From positions 1-64,000 of the forward strand of contig JAAPAO010000030.1 in the NCBI GenBank assembly GCA_013115145.1: a stretch of 64,000 nt of DNA, read 5' to 3'. The stretch comes from Perkinsus chesapeaki ATCC PRA-425 (lineage: Eukaryota; Protista; Perkinsozoa). The position numbers were made by a program, and so were the translations under genes. Positions 45,958 through 58,828 of this stretch are shown one piece after another (position 1 is the first letter of the stretch; the number at the start of each line of letters is the position of its first letter). The notes beneath the pieces were generated by a model. The model ran no database searches. It was not told the DNA's origin and was given only the letters and a program-made list of their open reading frames with translations.

Positions 45958-48900
45958 TCAGTAGTACTGTTGTTGGTGTTGTTGTGATGGTGGTAGCCTC
46001 CTAGGTCTTTTGGGAGCTGATGCCTGGCTTGTTAATATCGCTTTGGGGGATGCCCCAGGAATAGGCTCTCTCAGAAGCGTACGAAGGTGTATCGGTGATA
46101 GGCGAGAGGCGTCCAATAAGACATTGGTGCTTTGACAGTGATGCACTAGATCCCTCCATTCTATCGAACCGCCGCTCAGCCGTCCAGAGTCCCCTACAAT
46201 CCACAAGGCTCGCTTGGCACGAGTGATACTAACATTAAGCCGCCGCATGTCCGCAACAAAACCAATGCCGCTGCTGGCACTACTGCGCACCGTTGACACC
46301 ACAATGACATCTTTCTCTCGACCTTGAAAAGAGTCAACCGTACCAACTTCAAGCCAGTCGTCTCCATCGTGAGCACCGTAGCTCAGATTCCTCTTCAGTA
46401 GCGCCACCTGCTGCTTGTATGGTGATATAACACCAACACCGTCCGGCAAGAGAGCCTTGGCCTTCTCCCCCAGAGCCGACATCAGCTCCTGGAGCAGTCG
46501 CCCAATGAGCAACGCTTCGCCAGGGTTACTCCTCCCCACCCCTTGACGGACTTCATCCGAGTCAGGCAGGTCGAAAAAGGTCATCGGGCCTGGCATATGA
46601 GGGGCGAACGGCGGTCTGGCGAGTACGCTACTGGAGGGGATCAACGCTCCATGGTAGAAGTGCTTGGAGGGGAAGGCAGCGATGGCTGGATGCATACGGT
46701 ACTGTGTTGTCAGCATCACATGGTGGGGCCATGAAGCCTCTTGAAGCTTCTGGAACAGACTCCTCTCCAGGTTGTATTCAGTAGAGGCCCTCATAGACAG
46801 CACAGTGGCAGGCAGCTGCTGGGGGTCACCAACTAGGATGAGGCGCTGAGGGTCGAAGCGGAGCGGTATGAGACTGGCGATCTCATGAGCTTGTGCAGCC
46901 TCATCAATGAGACATACCTCCGCTCGGCCCACTGGAAGATTTCTGGTCACCGATGCACTGCCATAACTATTAAGTGTACCAAATACCACATCCGCATCCA
47001 CCAGATATTTTGACTGGATAGCATCCCTTCCTTGCCTCATAGTATTCTTATAGATATCCCTTGCTTTATGCAATGCCTCCATCAGTCCTCTCCTCTTAGC
47101 CCTCAGACCATCTGCAGCTTGCCTGCTGCTGCTATCAGCCTCCTCAATTTGGGTGTCCAAAGCCTTGACAGCTGCATATCTCTCATCCCTCGCCCTCACA
47201 TAATCTTCATGTCGCAGCCTCTCCTGGTGCTTAAATGCCTCCGACACCAGTGACTCCAGACATATCTCCTTGACCGATTCATGTGTCACTCGACTACTAT
47301 TGCCTATCCGAATGAACTTGTAGTTCAGTCCTTCAGTGGCACTCAGCAGTCTCGAGGCTATCTCATCCACCGCAGCGTTAGACGGCGCGCTCACCAAGAT
47401 AGGGAACTTTCGCCGTGTCTTTCTCTTTAGCAAGTCCTGTAGAATAGCCACCACCACCCTGGTCTTACCCGTCCCCGGGGGACCTTGAAGCAGCACTGCA
47501 CGCTTCGATGGATCACAAGCGTAAGCCATGGCCTTGCTCTGACCGTCGTTCAACATATAAGAGGCTGATGGCAGTGCAGGTAGTCCAGAGGGGTTCGATT
47601 CTTCGGCCGCTGCTGCTTTGACTGGGTTCAGAATTATCGGTAGGAGTTTCCTAGCGCTCTCGACGCTCCACAAGGCCTCCCACTCCCTACTGACCGCCAA
47701 TATGCTATGGATAACAACAGCTACACTCTCCCGGCCTTGAATACTCTCCTGTGGGGACAGTCCCAGTGGGCAGGCCGGACCAACAGGCATGCACCGGACC
47801 ACCATCTTGCCTCTGTCCGCTTTAGATCCAAAATAGTTGACGGCATCCTTTGCCCCCTCACACACACCCATTAGAATGCCATCCTTACCAGCAGCCTCCA
47901 TTGTCATACACTCGCTCAGTGGCACTCCCTTACACAACTGAGATAGTAGAGGGCTCTCTGGGCTACATAGGAGAAGCACATCGCCTTGGGCCACCGTCTC
48001 AGTATCGAAATCAGCTGGCTTGATAACAAGCTCATACCACTCCTTTCCTCTTCTCCTTGACCTCACCACGGTAACATGTATCATATTACTAGTCCCCGGT
48101 GTGGTGAGTGACTGTCGTATCCCCTCCTGGCATTCCAGCCACATAGGTCGCTTGAAGGCCTCCCTATACGCTTTAGGATTGGAAAACACTCTATTATCAT
48201 CAGCCCCATCACTACCATTCGAGGCCGTCGCCAGTGCTGACCTTTCGGCTGATGGCTCCCCAAATGGTGCCTCACTCAGCACCAGCTTATATAACACATC
48301 CAGCGGTGCTTCAGGCGACAGTGCCTTGCTGGTATCCGGTACTCCTTGGCCCTCCTCTCGCCGGGCTGCCGCCGCGTTACTGCCCATAACCCCCTTCATA
48401 GCACTACTCGGCTTCAACATCATACTTCCTCCTCCACCTCGACGCAGTCCTCCTGTATAGGCTGCCATAGGATTATCCCCTTCCTCCAGTTCAAGCTCCG
48501 AGCTGCTAGGTGAGCCTGTATCGGACGGTTCCTCTATAGAGGCCTCCTCACTCTGTCTCTGTTCCTCATACTGAAGGCTACCTCCAGCAGCTGCTATCTC
48601 CAAACACTCACATGTCGAGTCCAAAAGCCTAGACACATGCTCATCCAGCCCCACGAGGCCTCCCGAGTCCATCACCGACCGTATAGTCGTTAAAAGGAGT
48701 GGACAGTCCAAGCCACCGCTACTGATAGTCCCTGCGCCGGGCATGCGGCGGAGGGTATGAGCCACACAGGACATCCAGGACCAGTGAAGCTGTGTCATCG
48801 GTGACACTCTTCGAAGTTCATCGATAATGCCTTCCGCCAAGTTCTGGAAGGGCTGTCTAACCACACCTAGGTGGTATCGAAGACACGAGGGTGTCACATT

Positions 48901-50330
48901 CATTAACCACTTGAGCGCCTCGACAGACAGTTTATCAGCTCTGTTCTGAGCCACAAAGTCCGCAACACCCTGGGCCATTGCCTCCCCCCTAGCCTTATCC
49001 TCAGCCAGCAACCGATGCACTACCGTAACCAGCGGAAGCCTCTGACCAGAATGGGTATCCTCCTCCAGTATCAATGCCAAAACCGACCCCATCTCCTCAC
49101 GCATATAAGGGAACTGTATTAGAAAGAACCATACAGGCCACAAAGCACCAGACTCCGCTCCTGCAGTAAACAGTACCCTAACCGGCAGCCCGTCTGGTCG
49201 CACACAATCTGGCTTCTGACAGAGGACTGCCAGTAAGGTGGCCGCATGCATAGGCTTTCCGGCCACATCCGCCCACACTCGCTCCCCTACAAAGCCTTCT
49301 CCTTGTGGAGCCAGCAGGCATGTTATTGCCAATTGCAATTTGAGCCGCTGTAGAGGATCGTCCTCGGACGCCGTAGCAATTGATGTGCCATCGATTAGCC
49401 AGTTCTCCCAAGGAGCCCACACCTCCTGGCACAGCGCCGCACCTCGGAGCTCAAACAGAGCGCATTCCACCAGTTCCGTGGCCCATTGGGCCTCCTTCCG
49501 CTTAATCAACCCCCACAACTGAGAGTGCATATGCTTCCTAACCATACCAGGCTGATTGAGTATCCTAGCTGCCATCTTCAACATATCCCTTTGGTGCATA
49601 GCAGCTCTCAGAGACTCCACTATAGGTTGAGACTCCAGCAGCCCCCTCGATGGCTTACAAGACTTGTCGACTAGGCACTCTGCTAACGCTGCTGCCCTGG
49701 CACTTTCAATCTTGGACGCAAAACATTCACTTAAACGACGATTGTCGTGCTCTGACAGGATGCTCCTGGCGTCTGGACTGAGACAGGAGACATGCTAAAT
49801 ATGACGTCCCTACAGCTGCCACCTACAGTAGTTCCATTTCGGACAGTACGTTGCTGCGTAATACGGTATAGACAGCAGCACAGTCTACACAACCACCAAA
49901 TTTAAAACACTTTGTATAAAACTCATCCAAAAACTCAAAGTCAGCGGCTGCTTCAGGCATACCTGAGACGAAGAGCAAGTGATTGAGGATAGATGAAGCT
50001 TGGGGGTACCTTCCTTATACAAGTCAACCACCATCAACCGCATATATTGCTTGACTAGGTGCTGGCGGCCACACAACGGTGACTCGGAGCAGGACCAATG
50101 GAACACTTCCCCTTGCTGGACTGTCTCTATCTCACATAATGACATTATCAACAGTGATAGGGTATACGATATGTCCGACTGAAACGGTCGAGATCAGGTG
50201 GAGGAGGGTGATTGGGTACCTCTGAGAGATTGGCAGCCAGGTTAGCATTGCCTTTGCTGCTGTGTGAGGCAGCATCTGAAGGCGGTTCTACTGCGGCAGA
50301 GGGTGGCCTTCGAGGCTTATGAAGAGCCAT
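45958..50330 (-). CDS. Sen1/senataxin-like SF1 (Upf1-family) helicase
   Basis: QGPPGTGKT, DEAAQ, LVGDPQQLP, TQYRMHP, TVDSFQGREKD and RRLNVSITRAKR. Probable extra 5' exons run to an ATG at 50330. Confidence 0.9.
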
Positions 50331-51699
50331 AGGCGAGCAGCAGCAACAGCAAGCTGAATAGGATTGTATAAGTACTAATTAACAACATTAATCCCAAATA
50401 GGGCCTATGGCCGGCCCTTGGCCCCACTCCTGTCAATCCCCGTATGATAGCGAGGGAAGTGAAATGAAGGAGCGAGGGGGTATAAAGATATCGAGTAGGT
50501 TGTTGTGTTAAAGGAGCATAGACGCGTTCACGGCTGCAAGATATGTGTGACGTAGTCGTGGCGGCGGCGACACCGAAACGCATGTCTGCCGGGACCCCTA
50601 ATTTGGTCAACCTAGTCAATGTGGTCCTATCTATAATTAACTCGAGTCTAGGCACTGTAGAACAATATCTATATGCACAGGAAGTTTAGTAAACTGGACA
50701 ATGTACACCACAAATTATGCTGCCCACTTGATCATTACGTCAACGATTAGTGGACAGCAACTGGCGATTTCTGTTTGTTTCTAATGAGAAATGCGTTTGG
50801 ACAATTTTACATTGTCCTGAATACGAAATGTGACGATTTGGACTACTTATTGTCAAAATAATTAATTTTTACTAATACATACTATAAGCTTGGCTAGACC
50901 TTCAACCTTAACTAGACATCTCATCTCGGAAACGGGTTACGCGATGAGTTTCGCTCCGCCAGATTTGGTCCTCGCTCGCCCTCGCCACCTATAGCTTAAT
51001 GCGGCCGAAAAATCGTAACCACTTTACTGGTTAGTGACTCAACCATGAAGTCGATTGGACCTGTGAAGTTGGCACGAGTTGCCGTCTTCAAAATGATATG
51101 GTCTACTCTTAGTTCCAACCTGTTGTGCTAAGTAAGGGGGCCTCAAACTATCAACTTCGCAATATCCCGTTAAATGCCAAGTTAACGGGGGATAATTCTA
51201 TTAATTTTGGGAAAGGCTTTCCCAAACCGACCCGACATATGAATAATCTTCCACCAGCTCCTATATTGCTTGTAAGTGATACGCGGTAGCATAGTATGGC
51301 ATGTTCTTGAAATCGAGGGGCGGCAAAGCCTCCAAGTGACTTGTCGTGAAGCTACTACGGTTATAGCGGAGTTAATACAAACATTAGCACGTTCGGGGAG
51401 TCTATAGGCTTGTATGGTCAACACTCAAAACTTTTGTCAAATAGAAACACGACCTCCACGGATCGAACCTGGGACACGCCGTTGCTAGAGCAGGCGGTAT
51501 AGTCGAAACTAGCAGTGCAACTTATGTTGACGAAATGAATAATGGTAGGAGTAGACTAAAGCGCAAAAATTTACCTCTAAATAACATTCAAGGTTGTCTA
51601 TTTTATCTGCGCTCTTTGAATAAGTGCCCGCCCAAAACCTAACTCAAGTTGGACTACATTGAGATGAAACACTCCAGAAACAATTCGACCACCATAAAG

Positions 51700-54502
51700 T
51701 GGCAAACATGCTCTTGTATAATATTATCGCCAATCAGTTGATCGTAGGTATCGTACCACAGGCCTTCTCTTGTCCTTCTTAGGTCGATGAAGCACGTTGA
51801 TCCAAAGGCCTCTACTGTCACATAGAACCTAATAATAAACAAAGCACATATAAATAGAACATACACGACGACCAACGTTACCTGAGACCGCTCAGCATCG
51901 CTCGAGTACTGCTGTATAACTTCCTCCTTCTTAGCCGGTGATCGATCCATCCACGATAAGCCATCGATGACATGATACCTACCTATCATATCGATACCGG
52001 GGAGCATGCTATAGGTCACATCATCGGCGGCTCCATCATTTCGGCTATCCTCTTCCGCAGTGCTCTACCAACTGGACTTATCTCCGGGCAATCAATGTCC
52101 AATATATACCCCTCCCCAACATGGAACACTGGTAGCTCCACCAAGGCTGCCAGCTCCGGTGATATATTTTCATCAGTCAGCTGCAGTGCCCCGGGAGACC
52201 GGTTCTCTATGTACCTGAAGTACTAGGCCATCTCCCCGCGTGCAAACGGGATTGAACTTACTTAGCAATATCCCTGCCTACTAGGCTCTCATCCATCCAC
52301 TTCAACTGCTCCTCTTTAGCCCATTGCAGACCCTTCTTATGGTTCCTTATATACTCATTATCAACATCCTTTCTCTTATGTACCCGAACCATGGCCTTAT
52401 CTGGCTCTGTAAGGTTGACCAGGGGGCTACCAGTCAATGCCAGATAATGCAGTGCCTCTCCTACACACCACACTGCCCTCACCCAGGCCACTGCCGCTAC
52501 CAAACTGTGTCCACACTTGCAGTGATTCTGTATAGGACCCTGCCAGGCTGGCCGGACTGCCTCCTCTACATCGTCCACATACCAGTGATACGTCACCCAG
52601 GCTCCTCAGCAACACTATCACAGCATCCCTCCCTAAGACCATCGACGCTACTATTACATTCCTTCCCATCCTCAAAGCCTGTGAGCTTCCATGGCCGTTC
52701 AGTCGGTGTCTGTTTAACCCCTTGGGGCATCTCCAAATGCAATCCGCCAACACATACAGTCCAAAGCGCCGTGCCGGCCGCCGTCAGCTTCATCCCACCC
52801 CCCTTCAGGTCATCAAGTACACTCCTTTGTATGGCTGCTACTATGAACTCCTTACGAGGAAACGCTGCATTCCTGGGCTGAGGCTCCCCGACTATATCCG
52901 GCTCTACAGGTGGATGGCTGCTGAACCCTTGCCGATCTGTCCCTAATACTACCTTCCTTCCGCCCGAGGTTCTGCGTTGTAGTAGCCAGGCCACCCCCCA
53001 CCATCGCACTAAGGGACTCTGGACTCATACCAGGTAGGCTGGCCTTGTGGGCCAGCATTAGGTACATGCTCCTACAGCTCTTGTTCCACGCACCTGATCC
53101 CCATCTCCTCTAAGCCGTGTCTGCAGAGGAGCCCTACCGAGTTTGCCCAATGCAGCTATGCTGGGCCCTATGGGACATAGCCAAGGCTCCCTTAATAGCC
53201 GCAACTTTGCCTGATACACCAGCTTACTCATACCCTTCATTGGAGGTAGCCGTCCACAGGCCTCGAGGACCTGTACGGCTGCAACTGACCTTGAAGCATG
53301 CTTGGACATGCTTACAGTGACAGCATTCTCATGACTGAGACCAGCTGCATTGTTCCTAGCCAAATGCAATGCCTCCTTAATACGCTCCCTAACCTCCTTC
53401 TGATGCATTTTATCACTGAGTGTCTGGGTTGACCACCACCTCAAAAGCCATACCAATGATGCTACAGTGAAGCGTATCTTCTCCACCCTTCCCCTCTATT
53501 ACTCATATCCTCCTCTAAGGACCCTACACCTCCAGCCCTCAGCAACTCAGTGGATACTGTATCGATGTAATCAACTACTCGCGCTGTAGAGCATCCCGGA
53601 TACTCGACCAGGAACCGGCATACCCGACCGAGGTACCTCGGAGGTGTCGCAAATTCCTAAAGGCAGCATAGTCCACTGGCAACCTTCCTGGCCTTACCTT
53701 TCTATCATCTACAAAGGTAGCCAGTAGCCTCTTTCCCAGCCCTTCTGCACCCTGTCTAAGGTCAGAGTATTCAGGTGCCCATTGACCAACAGTGTTGAGT
53801 GTGCTTAATAACACTGATATCAGTCGTTTAGATGCCTGTGGAGCGATCTCCTCCAGCCTTTGAAGGACAAGTCTAACAGAAGGTATGGGCGGCGCCGTGG
53901 GCAAGAGTAAGCCTACCCAAGTATAGGAGCTAATTCCTTCTTATTACCACAGTTATGGATGAACCTCTCAACCATGCGGAATACCACTATGCAATCATGC
54001 GCTTCAAGGGCATTTACTGCTTCAACCTAAGAGGGTAGGTGTCAAACCTACGCCAGGGTTATGGACAATGCGGGACGAGAATCCCACCATAGCGAGTGAA
54101 TGTAGCGGAGACCGTATTCCCATTTCCCGTATAAGCCCCGAGGTACCACACTTACTGTCTCCAATTTCTCCTTCAAAAACTGCGCCACGAGAAACTCCTC
54201 AGGAAAACCTTCTGGGCCCAAGAAGGTCCACAAATCACTTTCCAGAGCGGACATGTCCGTCTGAGTGGAAGCTTTGGCGTATTATGCTTATTGCTTACCT
54301 GTGATGGTGGGAATATATAATGAGGAGGTGTCAAAGCCTCAGTGACGGCCTCGTTGGCCACTTCCTCCGGGTTCTCATCCTTCTCTAAGGACGCCTCATC
54401 CACGGGTGAGGCTACAGCGGTAAAGGACCGCCGAGAGGCACGGTAGAGCTGTCCAATGCAGGACGGTGCACGCCTGAGGGCACTGGGCCGAAGTCGGATC
54501 AT
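51700..54502 (-). CDS. Putative mitochondrial helical-repeat protein with C-terminal RAP-like domain, spliced
   Basis: N-terminus MIRLRPSALRRAP..RRSFTA resembles a transit peptide; helical middle region; ILDIDCPE..GRALRKRIAEMM..IDGLSW..PAKKEEVI parallels the RAP consensus. The exon chain is unresolved and this could be two genes. Confidence 0.45.
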
Positions 54503-55228
54503 TGTAATGGCAAGAATGGATTGGGAGAAAGGCGAGCGCCAAAATGATTGAAGGGAGAAAGATTTACGGCGCTCGCCTAAAAACAAGTGTCATAACACAG
54601 GATACATAGTCTATGTACTTGCATGCTTATAGGGTGCAAGTCGATACATTTAGTTAACCTTTTACTCACGATCACAAATCACAATCACCAAAGTGTGAAT
54701 AACTACTATGCGGTGGGTCACGGAAGAAATGCCCCACTTGAACGCTGATGAATGTGCGTAAAAAAGATCTGTACCTTTCGTGGATGCTCATTCAGATGCA
54801 CGTTTTCTAGCCTCCTTAGTCTATCTGATAGACCGCCCCCGACGGTTCAGCACTAACAATGCTTATCTGTGTAGTTGAACTACTAGAACTAGTTGAACTC
54901 ACGGTCACGTCTGTCACCGTGACGCGCGTCCCGGTCACAGGTCATTGTATTTGCGCCACGGTGTTGTCACGGTGGTAACAGGCTGTAACCGTGTGTGTCT
55001 AAGGGCGCAGAATTCGAGAACGAGGAAGTTTTAGTCGTTCTTCATGAGCCAGCAGGTTCTCTTATTTGAACGAATCCCACATTGCGACTGCCGGTGCTCA
55101 TTGTGCTCTTTCGGGGGTACGCGAAGGGGGAGGTTTCATATGGCTTTACTGGCCCGGCCTCTTAGACGGGGCGCCTCCTCCATAACGATGACATAGTGAC
55201 GTATAGAGACTATCAAGAAAATGACACA

Positions 55229-58200
55229 ATGGATGGTGAAGGCATGATTTACGGTGAACTACCCGGCAGTAGCTGTTATGTAGCCGTAACACCTCTGTGA
55301 GCTTTAAGGTACGTCTAAAGAGGTTAATGACATGCCCTCACAAGCGTTACTTTACATTGCCCTTCATCACTTGGTTTTCAGACAGTTGTTGGTTTCGTCC
55401 AGGCCAAAATACCCTACTTCCTCATAGATCCCGAAGTGGAGGCGCTGATCAGAGCTGAATTGTGAGAGCCTTGTGTTGCAGACTTCGCGCTTATTCTGGT
55501 TGTATCAGGCCAGCGGCGAAGGAGGACGATATGATTGGTTATATACCCCAAATAAGCCCGTTTTCCGCTATAGAACTTTCGGAGTTTCGGTTTATACTGG
55601 TATCGCCGAAATCTCGACATTCTCAGTGTCATCCCCAGCTTCCTCAGGTATACGTGGCGCCAAGCTCTAGACGCAAGAAGATCGCTACCAGCCTGATCAA
55701 CAACGGGTTGACAATTGTAAGTCATCAATAACGTAGACATTTTATATTCCTAGAGGCGCGCTATCGATTTGGAGGAGGTCTGTCAGATACGTCAAACCAT
55801 GGCTAAGGTTGCAACTATTTATCTTATCGTGCCGAGCAGCGACCGTCGCACCATCGCTGTGTACGTAAGTACTGGGTTTGGCATCATCTGAGTCCCCTCG
55901 AGTAAGCCGCATGCCTACGTCTACCTAAGACAAACATGGTACGTTACCTCTTCAAGAAGGTAAGTTGACATAAAGGGCTAGCAAATGTCCGAATGTATAC
56001 GTATTAATGAGGATCAACTTGTATACAACTCTCATCATAGGCCTATTACTTGTCATTATCATTGTAGCTCACTTTACAAGCTTATAGCTTGATGAGCATA
56101 CCCCGTCCTCTTTGAAAGGGTGTCGTTATTACCTCACTTTGATACCTTAAGATGACAGCGTCGTTGTGTTGGCCCAAGGAAGGCCTACGTATGTTTTCAA
56201 GTATAACGGTAACTCCACTTGGAAGCTATCAGCACTTGAATCGAAAACACTCTGCCCAGCTGGAGCTCTGACCAGTAGTAGTAAACAGCGGTCGCCATTA
56301 CCAAGCAGCGCTGAAGCGACTCTGTCCAGACGGATCAGCCCCACATTTGTGAACTTCACAGCTACGAGCTTTCAATATGTCACTCATATGTAAAACGTGT
56401 TGAGTATAGCAGTACGGGTAACCCTAGGTAGATGAGAGCTTGAAGGCTTCCGAGGCAACTGTTCAATCCGCCTGAGGTCCAGAAACTGAAAGAAGTCTAT
56501 TTCGTCCTCTATAACTCGTAATGAGTAGCCCCCCAAATACTGAGCATTACACTACACAGAATCTGTCTGACCACCAGTGCACCGCATTGGCCTATGATCG
56601 AAAGGTAGCATAAGCATTTTGGACGGTTTGGAGGCTGCGAGGTTACTATGGCGCAATGCTCAGGTTGAAGAACGGAGTTCCGAAGCGGAACAAATCCACA
56701 GAGCGTTGGGGCTCCTCAGAGATCAACTGGGTGACGCAGAAAGAGCGTGGAAACTTCCTTATGTTGTTTGGCAGATACCCGAGAACGGGAGATACTCGGG
56801 CTGCAGAGGAGTGTGTTTGCACTGGAGACTGCGTAAGGCGTTGCATAGCACATCCGGTTCTGCTGGACTTGAACGACTAGGCACGACTGGATCGATAAAT
56901 CGATACGGATGGCATGCATGCAAGGAATGGCTACGGAAAAAGCGACTAGCACGCTGTTGAGCCATGAGCATTCAGAGGTCTTCTTGCATCGCGGCTCAAC
57001 CTAATAAACACCTGTATCAGAGCATGTCCATCACACGAGGGAGCCAAACATCATCTAGCCCTAGAGGAAACTCTCCGCGAGCCAATCCTAATACACGAAC
57101 CAAGTACCACTCAACCTGCATACCAAGCACTTGCATGAATACTCTTCAAGACAGTATACGGCCATATACGGTGGAAGTCGAAAGACCCCGAGGGCCGGCT
57201 ATCCATCAATGTCTGGTCGAGGAAACCCGCGTATGCCGAAGGGCAGTAGTATCAGCTCAGTCGTGAGATCTCCCGGTTCTCTGCTTCTGCCATCGCGCTC
57301 CTCAGACCGCTGAAACGCATTATACAGGGACCGATAGCGGGGACGTTACTGAAATTAAGCTTCGGAACCAGAAGCTTCAAGAGGTGCTATCTCTCAAATC
57401 CTCCTGTTTGTAGACAGAGGGGCAGTATTGCTTGCGGGCTCAAAGGAGAGATAGTCGCAGGAAGTCCATGGTCGCAGCGGAGTTGAGGCCTGTTAGGCTC
57501 TTTGGAACGTCCGGCAAGAGCTAGCTCAAGAGAGGGGTCAACGGAAGATTCTTTTGGAGCGAATGAAGCAAGGCCGTATGTGTCACCGAGATAAGATTCT
57601 TCAGGAGGCGTAAGAACGGCCGACCCCTTCCTGCCTCATACGTACAACAGATGCCGCCAGATCCGCATTTTGAACGAACAAGTGGCGAGGCTTCACGCAG
57701 AGCTAACAAACAATCAGGCAAGACGGTGGGCCCCTTACCCAGGATCACCAGAGTCCTTCGAGACGATACGCTGCATATGGTGTACTTGGAATGGTATGGT
57801 GACGATTGGCATGCTTTCAGGCGTCTGATGAGACGACCAACTCCCAAGGCGACGCAGAATCAAGTGCAAAGGTCAAGTCAGGTCCGCAATTATCCGATTT
57901 GGCAGCAGTTGTTGATAGGTTGAAGATGTTGTACTGGAGAACAACAGGCTGAGGAAAGAGCTAGGTCACGCAAACGAGCGAGTTCGTCAGCTACTGGAGG
58001 ATAGAGAAATGCTGCCTCAACTTGAGGACGGCGCAACGGAGTACGATGTCGTTAATGGGATGTCAGTTTTGCACATCCTATTCTGTTCCAATTGTACTGT
58101 ATGATATCCATTGCCATTGATCAGTTAACAGGAGATGCTCAGGCTTTGTTTCAGGCAACGATACTGCGTCGAACAAGAGGAGGCGACCTCCTCCAGAACG

Positions 58201-58650
58201 TGAGTATTCTCGAAGCATCACTTGCAGAGTGAGTGGTCCAGCAGGCGCAGAGTCCCAAAGACCCCACCAAAGCGGCGCCCAGATTCAATGAAGAAGCGAC
58301 GGCCTGTAGTTTCCTATGCGGTCTGAGTTGTGCGAGATTCCCTACTCTCAGGGACGCCCCCTAGCTTTACCGAGACTCTCCGACACACCGTGAGCTTGTA
58401 TACTATTACCGGTTCATGACCAGATTGCCAGATTGCGTTGCAAGTACGAGCCATACTGTACGGCATAAACAGATACTCTGAAAGTGCTTTTCGCGAAAAC
58501 TATGAAGCGCAGGTCGTTTGCGACTCTACGATTTCCAGTGGTATTTGACAACTTGTTGTTAGTTCGGACATAGTTCAACCTTAACGTTCACTATCATCTT
58601 CCATGCACGCGTTGATGATGAGCAACTCATCGTATCACCACCGCCACGTC
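55229..58650 (+). CDS. Possible multi-exon hypothetical gene
   Basis: A series of short GT-AG-bounded open segments; no recognisable domain. Confidence 0.25.
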
Positions 58651-58828
58651 CCTCTTAACTATCTTATTCTCATCACCTTGCGTATGTCGTTTTGAATGCG
58701 TTTTGTCCTTCCCGACTGATGCTACACAACACTCATATTCAAATGATTCGCGTCAAGTCCATAGAACATGTGCAAGGCTACGAGCACCCAATCTCCATCG
58801 ATATGAGCTCTTCTATCGTATACCACTT

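Noticed and set aside
57155-57170. TACGGCCATA resembling the 5S rRNA 5' end
   Set aside because: Only 10 nt match, and the downstream sequence does not fit 5S.
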